Virus record (IMG/VR): IMGVR_UViG_3300020050_013219
Length of the DNA: 64,000 nucleotides
Reading direction: 5' to 3' (one strand)
From: a virus
Lineage: Duplodnaviria; Heunggongvirae; Uroviricota; Caudoviricetes
The translations under genes and the position numbers were made by a program. The notes under the pieces are model-generated. The model worked only from the letters and a program-made list of their open reading frames with translations. It was not told the origin of the DNA and ran no database searches. Shown piece by piece: positions 56,333 through 64,000 of this stretch (position 1 is its first letter; the number at the start of each line of letters is the position of its first letter).

Positions 56333-56679
56333 AAGAACTGCTTGACGTGTCAATAAAAGGGTTTAATCAAAAGAAACAAATCCTACAAGATGAAATTAAA
56401 GAATATGTTCAAGATAAATCTCTCCCACTTAGTGATAGGTGGGAGATTTTTTGTTTAGCAGGAGATATTATTCCTAAAAAAGGTAGTATTGTAAGGTTCA
56501 AATCTTGGGAAGTACAGCAATTAATTGCTAATAGTTATTTACGATACCAATTAGTTGATTTAATAAGCTTAATACAAGATATGGAAAATGAGGATATAGA
56601 AATTGGAGATATAAGTATTGAGGATTTTAAAGAAGAAATTCTTGATAAATTTATTTGTAGTTTTAATTTAGATTGGTAA
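56329..56679 (+). CDS. Hypothetical protein
   Basis: 116 aa ORF. Confidence 0.5.
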   Translation: MKELLDVSIKGFNQKKQILQDEIKEYVQDKSLPLSDRWEIFCLAGDIIPKKGSIVRFKSWEVQQLIANSYLRYQLVDLISLIQDMENEDIEIGDISIEDFKEEILDKFICSFNLDW

Positions 56680-56969
56680 TGTTTGAAATAAAATACAAAA
56701 ATGCAACTCAAATAAGAAGATTAATTCTTAATGAAGATTATTTACTCATGGTAAAACCTTTGCAAAATAAAATATGGGAATTAGAAAGTGAGGAAATAAT
56801 AGATAAACCTGAAATTTTAAGACTTAAAAATCTATTATTTGGTTTTACAGGAGAATCTTGGTTTACAACAGAAAGTCCTTTATATAAAGCTATGACTAAT
56901 AATACAGGTCTTAAATGTAATATTGCAGGAAATCTTTATGAAATACCATTTACTTATACAAAATTATGA
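56673..56969 (+). CDS. Hypothetical protein
   Basis: 98 aa ORF. Confidence 0.5.
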   Translation: MVMFEIKYKNATQIRRLILNEDYLLMVKPLQNKIWELESEEIIDKPEILRLKNLLFGFTGESWFTTESPLYKAMTNNTGLKCNIAGNLYEIPFTYTKL

Positions 56970-57262
56970 AAACGCTTTTAGAAATATTACTTGAAAAGTA
57001 CAGAAAAGACAACAGAACAAGATTTCTGTGTAGTTTTATAAAATCAATGAAAGTTCAAGAACCTCTTAAAAAAGAATTACTTGAATTTATAAAACAAAAT
57101 TCTACTGGTAAAGAGGCAATAGAAATTTGCAACAGATACAATGTTAAATTACAAGTTTTACCAATGGAATACGGTTTATTTGCTGATAATCATTTGACAA
57201 AAAGACAAGAAAGAAAATTGAGAATTGAATGGTTAAAATTATTAATACAAAATTATGAATAA
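56966..57262 (+). CDS. Hypothetical protein
   Basis: 98 aa ORF. Confidence 0.5.
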   Translation: MKTLLEILLEKYRKDNRTRFLCSFIKSMKVQEPLKKELLEFIKQNSTGKEAIEICNRYNVKLQVLPMEYGLFADNHLTKRQERKLRIEWLKLLIQNYE

Positions 57263-57632
57263 TTACGCAAATTGGGAATTAACACAATTATTACCTGAAA
57301 TCAATCCTTATAAATCTGAATTGTTCGTAGAACAACAAGATTGGTATTTGGATATAGAACAAACAGATAGATTTATTCATTTAGGAGAATACCCTGACAC
57401 TGAATATGAGTTTATAAGAAACGCTTGGTCTTGGGAAGATATAAGATTATATTTGGAAAGCAAAGGATTCAGTATAAATATTAATCATTACGTGTTGCAA
57501 GATATTCCTTATTGGTGTCATGTCGTTAATTCAATTGATAGAAATAGTCAAGATATTGGTAAATTTGATACTTACGAAGAAGCAAGAGAAGAAGCTATTA
57601 AATATTGTTTAACTAAAATAAAAAATGGGTAG
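57255..57632 (+). CDS. Hypothetical protein
   Basis: 125 aa ORF. Confidence 0.5.
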   Translation: MNNYANWELTQLLPEINPYKSELFVEQQDWYLDIEQTDRFIHLGEYPDTEYEFIRNAWSWEDIRLYLESKGFSININHYVLQDIPYWCHVVNSIDRNSQDIGKFDTYEEAREEAIKYCLTKIKNG

Positions 57633-58056
57633 TTTCAGTTGGAATAAAGCTGATGATTTAACAGCTATTGAAAATATAGCAGAAGGTTATCCTTTTAAAT
57701 TTTTAATACCAGAAGAATTTGGTGGCGGATTTATCAAAGATACTTATCAAGATTATGGGTATTTAGGTACAAAAGAAAATGGAGTAGCTAAATATGACAT
57801 GTATGAAATCTTGGCTTTTTGGAACAAAGCTGAAGGTTTAAAGTACAATGGAGAATTTCCTTTAATGAAAGAAATAGATGAATTTACTGACCATAATAGA
57901 GATTTAGGAATTGACATTGGTTGTTATGATAAAGATATATTAAAATTAAAATATCCTTTAAAATTAGTATCTTGCTCATACGAAGGAACTTATGAAGATT
58001 TAAAAACTTGTAGCTTATCAGACCCTGACCAAGGGTTTTATCAAAGGGAAAGATGA
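57625..58056 (+). CDS. Hypothetical protein
   Basis: 143 aa ORF. Confidence 0.5.
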   Translation: MGSFSWNKADDLTAIENIAEGYPFKFLIPEEFGGGFIKDTYQDYGYLGTKENGVAKYDMYEILAFWNKAEGLKYNGEFPLMKEIDEFTDHNRDLGIDIGCYDKDILKLKYPLKLVSCSYEGTYEDLKTCSLSDPDQGFYQRER

Positions 58057-58099
58057 AATATCAAAAGACTAAAACAATAGAAAATGAGTTAATTCAACA

Positions 58100-58951
58100 T
58101 TGTTTATCAAAATAAATATGGAAAAATCAACAATTATGGATAGGATGAAAGAATCCTATGAAATTAGAGCAAGACATTATCTTACAAGAAGGATTCCTGT
58201 CATTATGAGGTTAGATGGGAAAGCTTTTCATACTTACACAAAAGGTCTTAATAAGCCATTTGATGAAGGTTTGATTGAAGATATGCAAAAGACTGCAATT
58301 TATCTTTGTGAGCAAATTCAAGGCTGTAAAGCAGCTTATATTCAATCTGATGAAATAAGTCTTTTGCTAACAGATTATGAAAACTTAAATACAGAAGCTT
58401 GGTTCAATTATGAAGTTCAGAAAATGACTTCTATTAGTGCAAGCTTAGCGACAGGTAAATTTAATCAAATGAGAATTGAAAGTAAATTTAACATTCCAGA
58501 TTGGAATTTATTAAGTTTAGACCATTTATTTGATAATTTTAAATTAGCAAACTTTGATAGTAGAGTTTTCACAATCCCAAAAGATGATGTAGCAAATTAT
58601 TTCCTTGCAAGACAACTTGATGCTGAAAAGAACTCTATTTCAATGCTTGCCCAAAGTATGTATTCTCATAAAGAACTTCATGGTAAACATGGTGGAGAAA
58701 TGCAGGAAATGTGCTTTCAAAAAGGTGTTAATTGGAATGATTTACATTTTAGCAAGAAAAGAGGTAGTTTTATTGTTAAGAATACTTATGTAAATGGGGA
58801 GTTATATGAAATTAGGAATAATAAAATATATCATCCTGAACCTTATGATAGATGGGTAGAATTAACAAAAGAAGATATTATCAGAACTAAATGGGAAGTT
58901 GTAGAAACTCCTATGAGGTTTAATCATTCACATTTTGAAAAATGGCTTTAG
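58100..58951 (+). CDS. Thg1-like protein (tRNA-His guanylyltransferase family; 3'-5' nucleotidyltransferase for tRNA 5'-end repair)
   Basis: 'RIPVIMRLDGKAFHTYTKGLNKPFDEGLIEDM' aligns with Thg1 '[28 protein letters not shown]'. 'AAYIQSDEISLLL' aligns with 'IAYGQSDEYSFVF'. 'TSISASLATGKF' aligns with 'THVASQFASSYVF'. The track start is TTG; the real start is probably the ATG at about 58118. Confidence 0.8.
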   Translation: MFIKINMEKSTIMDRMKESYEIRARHYLTRRIPVIMRLDGKAFHTYTKGLNKPFDEGLIEDMQKTAIYLCEQIQGCKAAYIQSDEISLLLTDYENLNTEAWFNYEVQKMTSISASLATGKFNQMRIESKFNIPDWNLLSLDHLFDNFKLANFDSRVFTIPKDDVANYFLARQLDAEKNSISMLAQSMYSHKELHGKHGGEMQEMCFQKGVNWNDLHFSKKRGSFIVKNTYVNGELYEIRNNKIYHPEPYDRWVELTKEDIIRTKWEVVETPMRFNHSHFEKWL

Positions 58952-59018
58952 AATATTTTCAAAAATTCATAGCTCCAACAGTGGAGAAATATTTACCAAA
59001 TTGTAAAGTTTATTATTT

Positions 59019-59306
59019 ATGAATCAACCAAAACAAAAAACAGCTAAAAAAGAACTAACTTTTGTAAGGCATTTAGAAGCAATAAAGTCAGAAGATAAAA
59101 CTTCTTTAGTTTGCCAACCGTATTTAACAGGAATGTATGTTATAATTGATAATAAACATCAAATGTCATTCAGCCACAAGCAGTATGAAAAATGGATTAA
59201 AGGAAGTATTAAGAAAATGGAGAAAAATGGTTATGAAGTAACTTTTTATGAGCAACCATTTACAGATTATTTTTCACAAGAAGATATTGACAACTATATA
59301 AAATAA
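59019..59306 (+). CDS. Hypothetical protein
   Basis: 95 aa ORF. Confidence 0.5.
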   Translation: MNQPKQKTAKKELTFVRHLEAIKSEDKTSLVCQPYLTGMYVIIDNKHQMSFSHKQYEKWIKGSIKKMEKNGYEVTFYEQPFTDYFSQEDIDNYIK

Positions 59307-59372
59307 TGTACTTTATAAACAACTTTGGAAATGCTGAATTTATAGATTTGGCAGAAATTAACACTTTAATAG

Positions 59373-59963
59373 ATGAAAGCTATAAATAAAGAAATGTCTC
59401 AAAATGAGATTATTTCTTATTATGAGAAACTTGGTTGGGTTAAAGGTGCTAAGTTTAGAAATATTTATGCTAAAGATAGAATTTATACTTTAACAAAAAT
59501 AGAAGTTATAGACGAAGATATTTGGGTACATGATGAGTGTGTTATTTTTGGAGATATAAATAATTGTACTCTTATTAAAGAACCAACTTATCCTAAAAGT
59601 TGGAAAGAATTGAAAGAGATAGATGGATTTTATATAGCAAATGATGTACCTGTTGTAAAAAAAATTAATTACTCTAAATCGCCAAAAGATGAGTTTCTTG
59701 ATGTTTTCAGAACTGAAAAACAAGCACTTAGCTGTTTAGCTTTTGCTCAATTATCACAATTAGTTGCTGAAATGAATGGAGATTGGCAACCAAATTGGAA
59801 TGACCACAATCAGTGTAAGTATGTTATAGATAGAGAATTTGATACTATTTATAAATGTACAACAACTGTAATTTTTCATCCTTTAGCTTTCAAAACAGCA
59901 GAAGCAAGAGATTTTTCTTTTCAACATCACGAATTAATTTGGAAACAATACTGGCAGATATGA
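59373..59963 (+). CDS. Hypothetical protein
   Basis: 196 aa ORF. Confidence 0.55.
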   Translation: MKAINKEMSQNEIISYYEKLGWVKGAKFRNIYAKDRIYTLTKIEVIDEDIWVHDECVIFGDINNCTLIKEPTYPKSWKELKEIDGFYIANDVPVVKKINYSKSPKDEFLDVFRTEKQALSCLAFAQLSQLVAEMNGDWQPNWNDHNQCKYVIDREFDTIYKCTTTVIFHPLAFKTAEARDFSFQHHELIWKQYWQI

Positions 59964-60658
59964 AATTAATAGATTGGCTTACTTGTAAAGAAGTTTTACT
60001 TCAATATTTTACAGAAGAAGAAATAGAACTTGCTTTACATCAAATAAATTATTCACTTGATGACTTAACTGATATTGAAAACTTTGAGAATGAACCAAAG
60101 TTTTATAAACATTACGAACTTTACAAACAAAATGTAAGGTTTAATAAAAAAGTTTATCAAGGAGAATATTCAAAAGATGTTTCAGTAGTTGGTAATTCTT
60201 ATAGAGTTAAAGCTAAATATCAAGGCTTGAAACATGGAAAACTTGTCCATAAATTATTTTCACATAAATATGAATGGTTTGATAGTTTCTTTACAACTCA
60301 ATTGCTTGACTGTAAGCAGTTTACAGGATTTATTAGACTTAAAGATATTCCTGAAGAATTTAAAGATTTAACAATTAATCAATTATTAGAAGTTGAGAGG
60401 AAAGAAGTAGTAAAATCTCAATGGAAAATATATGAAGTAAATTCTAACCCTGAAATGTACCTTGAAACAGAGTTTGGCAGTTTGTATGTTCCTTATAATT
60501 CCTTGATAGACAGAGACTTTTCAATAATAGAAAACAGAATGACTACTTATGTTAATTGGTATAGTACAGATATTGAAGAGAAAACTGCAATGTTAAAACC
60601 TTTAATTTCAAAAGAAGCTTTAAAACTAAAAGAATATTATGAAAGTAGAATTAATTGA
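59855..60658 (+). CDS. Hypothetical protein (the real start is probably the ATG at about 59960, in ATGA overlap, giving MKLIDWLTCKEV...)
   Basis: Track ORF of 267 aa; the first 35 codons overlap the upstream gene. Confidence 0.5.
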   Translation: MYNNCNFSSFSFQNSRSKRFFFSTSRINLETILADMKLIDWLTCKEVLLQYFTEEEIELALHQINYSLDDLTDIENFENEPKFYKHYELYKQNVRFNKKVYQGEYSKDVSVVGNSYRVKAKYQGLKHGKLVHKLFSHKYEWFDSFFTTQLLDCKQFTGFIRLKDIPEEFKDLTINQLLEVERKEVVKSQWKIYEVNSNPEMYLETEFGSLYVPYNSLIDRDFSIIENRMTTYVNWYSTDIEEKTAMLKPLISKEALKLKEYYESRIN

Positions 60659-61274
60659 TTACATGGGAAGTGATAATGCAGTTTGTCAAGCTGCAAGAGT
60701 ATCATTTAATAAACAATCAAAGGATTACAGTGAAGAACAAAACATTAAATTGTTAAATTATCTTGCTGCACATAATCACTGGTCTCCCTTTTCACATCCA
60801 CAATTACAGTTTAGGATTACAACTCCTATTTATGTGGAAAGACAACTTGTAAAAACAGAAGCAGGTAGAGTATATAATTCAATATCAGGAAGATATGTAG
60901 ATTTTAGTGATACTTATACCACAATATCAGAATGGAGAAAGCAGTCTAAAGATAGTAAACAAGGAAGCGATGGATTAATTGATAACCAAGAACTTGCAAA
61001 TAAAATACAAGAAGAAGTTATTGAGTATTGCAAATTTAGATATAATCAATTGATTGATTTAGGAGTTGCAAAGGAACAAGCAAGAACTGTTTTACCTTTA
61101 AGTTTAAATACAACAATGATTTATACTTGTTCTCTTTATACTTTTATTAGACTTTACAAACAAAGAACAAAACCAGATGCTCAAAAAGAAATTAATGATT
61201 TACTTCAACTTATGATGAAAGAAGTTGTTAAATCAGATTCTTTTCAACATTCTCTTAAGGCTTTTAATTTATGA
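60639..61274 (+). CDS. thyX: ThyX-family (flavin-dependent thymidylate synthase) homologue with a non-canonical RHR motif
   Basis: The N-terminus 'VELIDYMGSDNAVCQAARVSF' matches T. maritima ThyX '[21 protein letters not shown]'. 'LLNYLAAHNHWSPFSH' matches 'LIEYLMKHGHETPFEH'. 'SGRYVDF' is the ThyX S.RY motif, and 'ARTVLPLSLNT' matches 'ARIVLPLNLYT'. The RHR triad reads K-T-E here. Confidence 0.75.
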   Translation: MKVELIDYMGSDNAVCQAARVSFNKQSKDYSEEQNIKLLNYLAAHNHWSPFSHPQLQFRITTPIYVERQLVKTEAGRVYNSISGRYVDFSDTYTTISEWRKQSKDSKQGSDGLIDNQELANKIQEEVIEYCKFRYNQLIDLGVAKEQARTVLPLSLNTTMIYTCSLYTFIRLYKQRTKPDAQKEINDLLQLMMKEVVKSDSFQHSLKAFNL

Positions 61275-61528
61275 AATACACATTCACAGAAGAACAACTC
61301 AATGCTTTGATTTATGAAGTCATGGAACTTGCATCAGCAGGTGTAAGTTTTGAATGTTGGGAAGCCAAAGATAGAGATTGGGATGAAGAAGTAGAAACAG
61401 AAGATGGTGTAAAATACTTCCAAGATGAAGATGAAATAAAAGATGCTTGGTATTTTTATCCAATAGAAGGAGACCCTTTTGATATTGAAGATTTATATTC
61501 AATTAAACTAATTAAAAATGGAATATAA
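61271..61528 (+). CDS. Hypothetical acidic protein
   Basis: 85 aa ORF. Confidence 0.5.
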   Translation: MKYTFTEEQLNALIYEVMELASAGVSFECWEAKDRDWDEEVETEDGVKYFQDEDEIKDAWYFYPIEGDPFDIEDLYSIKLIKNGI

Positions 61529-61769
61529 AAAATTAGTAGTAAAACTTATAATAGAAGAATATTATAAAAATCCTTCTAAAACAAAGTTTGAAAGTTTAAA
61601 AGAATTTAGTAAAGATGATGAAATACATATTACATTTGAATTAAAATCAAATGGTTATTACAATCCTTGGGTTCATTTCAAAAATGTAACTAAGAAATTA
61701 TCAGGAAACTTTGAACAAAACAAAATATTTAGCTTATTAAACAATATCTCTTTTCAACAAATAAACTAA
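61518..61769 (+). CDS. Hypothetical protein
   Basis: 83 aa ORF. Confidence 0.45.
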   Translation: MEYKKLVVKLIIEEYYKNPSKTKFESLKEFSKDDEIHITFELKSNGYYNPWVHFKNVTKKLSGNFEQNKIFSLLNNISFQQIN

Positions 61770-61776
61770 CAAAATA

Positions 61777-62463
61777 ATGGAACAAATAATTCAAAAACTT
61801 AAAGATTCAAATATCAGAGTAATTTCAGGAAATGAAATAGCTCACCCAAATTCTGTAATTGAAATTATGCAAGGTTTGGGAAATATCAAAGTTGCTAAAT
61901 TGTCAGGAAAAATTGATGGTTTAGATGATAACTTTGATGAAATTCAACTTATCAACAATTACTTGATTGAAGTTGATGTGTTAAATAAAGAAGAATTTTA
62001 CGGAACTATTGGTGTAATTATTCAGCAAGGTTCTAATAAAATGAAAGTTTATAGTGGATTAACAGCACATGCTTGCTTAAACCTGACAGTTTGGGGAGCT
62101 GACTATGTAAAATCAGTTAATAGCATTGATATTGACGTTTTAAAAGGACTTCTTGATAAAAGCTATATGCACCTACCTAAACAATCAGAGTTGATTTTAG
62201 GCAATGTAGATAGGCTTAAAAGCAATGTCTATAATGAAGGTAATTGGACATTGAAAAAAGGTGAACTTTTAGAAACAATGAATCCTTCACTTTTTGGATA
62301 TTTAACCAACGCTGAAACACTTTTGAGAGATGAAAAGTCTTTATATTTTGACCAACCTTTGACCGATTGGACTTTATTATCAGCTCTAACTCATAAGATT
62401 AGTACAGAAGGAATTAGTTCAAGAGTAAACAAAACTTTACAATTAGAAGAATTATTTGTATGA
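61777..62463 (+). CDS. Hypothetical protein
   Basis: 228 aa ORF. Confidence 0.6.
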   Translation: MEQIIQKLKDSNIRVISGNEIAHPNSVIEIMQGLGNIKVAKLSGKIDGLDDNFDEIQLINNYLIEVDVLNKEEFYGTIGVIIQQGSNKMKVYSGLTAHACLNLTVWGADYVKSVNSIDIDVLKGLLDKSYMHLPKQSELILGNVDRLKSNVYNEGNWTLKKGELLETMNPSLFGYLTNAETLLRDEKSLYFDQPLTDWTLLSALTHKISTEGISSRVNKTLQLEELFV

Positions 62464-62654
62464 AAGTAACTTTTAGTAGAACTTATGAAATTGAAGAAGA
62501 ATACCTAAAAAGTATTCTTCTTTATTTTAATGAACCAATAACAAAGGAAAATTTAGAATCCTTAGCAATCACAGAAACTATAAATCTAATGAATGAAGAT
62601 ATGGAGCTTTTCTTGGATGATGTGGAAAACTTTGCAACTATTACCGTAGAATGA
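62460..62654 (+). CDS. Hypothetical protein
   Basis: 64 aa ORF. Confidence 0.45.
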   Translation: MKVTFSRTYEIEEEYLKSILLYFNEPITKENLESLAITETINLMNEDMELFLDDVENFATITVE

Positions 62655-62920
62655 CATTTCAACCAAACAACAAAGAAATAGTACAGGTTTTGGATAATTT
62701 AGTTGGAGAAAGATATTCCAAAGAACATTTGGAAAGAAAACTCACAGAATTTTTCAAAGTTACTATTGAATTAGAGCTTGAATATAGAGAAGAATGTGAT
62801 TATTCAGATGATGCTTTTCTATTTGTAATTGAAAATATTTGTGATGCTACAATTTATTTCATTAAAGATAAATTGGGAATGTATTATATTACTGAAAATA
62901 ATGTTGATTTTAACTTTTAA
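62651..62920 (+). CDS. Hypothetical protein
   Basis: 89 aa ORF. Confidence 0.5.
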   Translation: MTFQPNNKEIVQVLDNLVGERYSKEHLERKLTEFFKVTIELELEYREECDYSDDAFLFVIENICDATIYFIKDKLGMYYITENNVDFNF

Positions 62921-62922
62921 AT

Positions 62923-63270
62923 ATGAACTTAATAGAATTATCAAAACCAAAAGATAGAATTGTTTTTCTTAGATTATTTGAAGGGCAAGAAACTAAGGAA
63001 GAACAAGAATGGGAATGTCCTTTAAATATAGAAGAAGTAATGTCAAATCTTGATTTACTTAATCCTTATTTAGAAACATTTGACCAAGTTTGTGAAGATA
63101 CTTTTGAATATAATTCAAGACCTGAAATAAGCGATGAATATAATCTTTATGACAGACTTGTAGATGATAGACCAAATGACCCTATTGCAGACTATCAGTT
63201 TGTAATGGGTTGTAATGGTTATGATGTTTTTATTTATCACCAAGGAAAATCTTATATTTTACAAAGATGA
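62923..63270 (+). CDS. Hypothetical protein
   Basis: 115 aa ORF. Confidence 0.5.
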   Translation: MNLIELSKPKDRIVFLRLFEGQETKEEQEWECPLNIEEVMSNLDLLNPYLETFDQVCEDTFEYNSRPEISDEYNLYDRLVDDRPNDPIADYQFVMGCNGYDVFIYHQGKSYILQR

Positions 63271-63488
63271 AAAAATTAGAATTAATACCTTATATTTACG
63301 CAGGAGATATTCCTGATGATATTGTAGATGAAGAATTTGTTGATATAGTAAGCACTCATTATCAAGATGATATAGCTCACATAAATTGGAAAGATGAAGA
63401 ATATTTTCCTAAATTCAAACTTTGGCTTATAGAAGAATATGGAGAAGAAGTTAAAAAATATGGGGACTTTGCAATACAATCAACATGA
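63267..63488 (+). CDS. Hypothetical protein
   Basis: 73 aa ORF. Confidence 0.45.
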   Translation: MKKLELIPYIYAGDIPDDIVDEEFVDIVSTHYQDDIAHINWKDEEYFPKFKLWLIEEYGEEVKKYGDFAIQST

Positions 63489-63898
63489 GAGAAATAAAAT
63501 TTAGAATTTGGGATAAAATCCAAAATAAATTCATATATAATTGGCAAGAAGCAATTGCAGGACACATTAGTTATTTTAATACTGATATTAATCCTAATAA
63601 TATATATGCTTTACAAGATGAATTACTTGTATTTCAGCAATTTACAGGTCTTAAAGATATTAATGAAGTTGATATTTATGAAGGAGATATTTTAGAATTT
63701 CAAGAAGATTTTGGTTATCATACTAATAAAGGAGAAATGTATTATGTAGCCTTTGAGTATTCAACTTTTGTATTAAAATATTTATCAAATAATCAAATAC
63801 ATGGATTTGTTAAAGATTCTCAAAAAGATTGGCATCATTCTATTGAAAATCTCGGAAATGAAGTTAAAATAATAGGAAATATTTATGAGAACAAATAA
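63485..63898 (+). CDS. YopX-family protein
   Basis: N-terminal 'MREIKFRIWDK', central 'DIYEGDIL' and C-terminal 'IIGNIYEN' are hallmark YopX segments. Confidence 0.75.
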   Translation: MREIKFRIWDKIQNKFIYNWQEAIAGHISYFNTDINPNNIYALQDELLVFQQFTGLKDINEVDIYEGDILEFQEDFGYHTNKGEMYYVAFEYSTFVLKYLSNNQIHGFVKDSQKDWHHSIENLGNEVKIIGNIYENK

Positions 63899-64000
63899 AC
63901 AAGGTTTCAAAGTAAGAAATTTATATCGCATGTGGAGAATCTGTCCAAAAACAGGTTTTAAACAGTATCAAACATTCTTACACAAAGTTTCAGGTTGGAA
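63885..64000 (+). CDS. Hypothetical protein, partial (runs off the window); begins MRTNKQGF...
   Basis: ATG in ATGA-like overlap with the YopX stop. Open frame to the window end. Confidence 0.35.
   Translation, partial: MRTNKQGFKVRNLYRMWRICPKTGFKQYQTFLHKVSGW

Noticed and set aside
17931-63565. Short minus-strand or out-of-frame ORFs inside plus-strand genes (for example 17931-18125, 18135-18344, 19733-19924, 21320-21535, 22977-23171, 25224-25460, 25817-26032, 28754-28987, 28821-29072, 29425-29691, 31658-31996, 32063-32254, 35056-35268, 37905-38204, 39232-39471, 39452-39637, 41863-42123, 45000-45371, 45251-45550, 45931-46218, 49718-49900, 49818-50003, 53824-54090, 54301-54543, 54667-54879, 58605-58793, 59490-59723, 61320-61502, 63282-63479, 63377-63565)
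   Set aside because: Each overlaps a longer ORF that has recognisable motifs or operon coupling, and none has a start or stop coupling of its own.
1-64000. CRISPR arrays, integrase, excisionase or repressor genes, attachment-site-like tRNA duplications, transposases
   Set aside because: None seen. No regularly spaced repeats, and no tyrosine or serine recombinase motifs, in any ORF I read. Lysogeny or prophage status therefore cannot be asserted from this window.

Overview
This window is AT-rich (roughly 30% GC by eye), very gene-dense, and looks like tailed-phage DNA. I saw no integrase, repressor or host housekeeping genes, so prophage status cannot be judged.

Two divergent transcription blocks meet at a non-coding switch region at 15921-16279.

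(1) The minus-strand block (1-15920), read from high to low coordinates, holds a morphogenesis cluster that I infer from gene order plus one motif: small DNA-binding protein, terminase large subunit (Walker A motif), portal, acidic scaffold, and a partial major capsid protein at 1-1194. Upstream of it lies an auxiliary cluster with a full-length GroEL-family chaperonin, a DEDDh 3'-5' exonuclease, a non-canonical tRNA (anticodon UUG) and several small, Cys-rich or membrane proteins.

(2) The plus-strand block (16280-64000) holds about 100 tightly packed genes, many joined by ATGA/TAATG start-stop overlaps. It runs from an early region of small proteins (several secreted or lipoproteins, an acidic protein, a protein carrying a ribosomal L7/L12 C-terminal-domain-like motif, and an elongator-type tRNA-Met/Ile2) into a replication module: DnaB-like helicase, Sak4/AAA_24-like ATPase, an SSB with a DDLPF tail, a Toprim primase-like protein and a compact family-B DNA polymerase. 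A nucleotide-metabolism and miscellaneous module follows: dUTPase, a ThyX-family protein with a non-canonical RHR motif, an HNH endonuclease, a Thg1-like tRNA 5'-end repair enzyme and YopX.

The absence of Shine-Dalgarno sequences, lipoprotein signal peptides of the form hydrophobic stretch then Cys, and TAnnTTT(G)-type -7 boxes all suggest a Bacteroidota (Flavobacteriia-like) host.

The 60-aa ORF cutoff hid at least 8 plausible small genes, mostly membrane peptides in ATGA-coupled chains. Non-coding highlights are iteron-like tandem repeats at 17914-17997, a perfect 14-bp palindrome flanked by direct repeats next to a promoter, and several clean intrinsic terminators.

Coordinates I derived by hand may be off by 1-2 nt. 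Functional calls rest on motifs I recognised by eye, not on searches.
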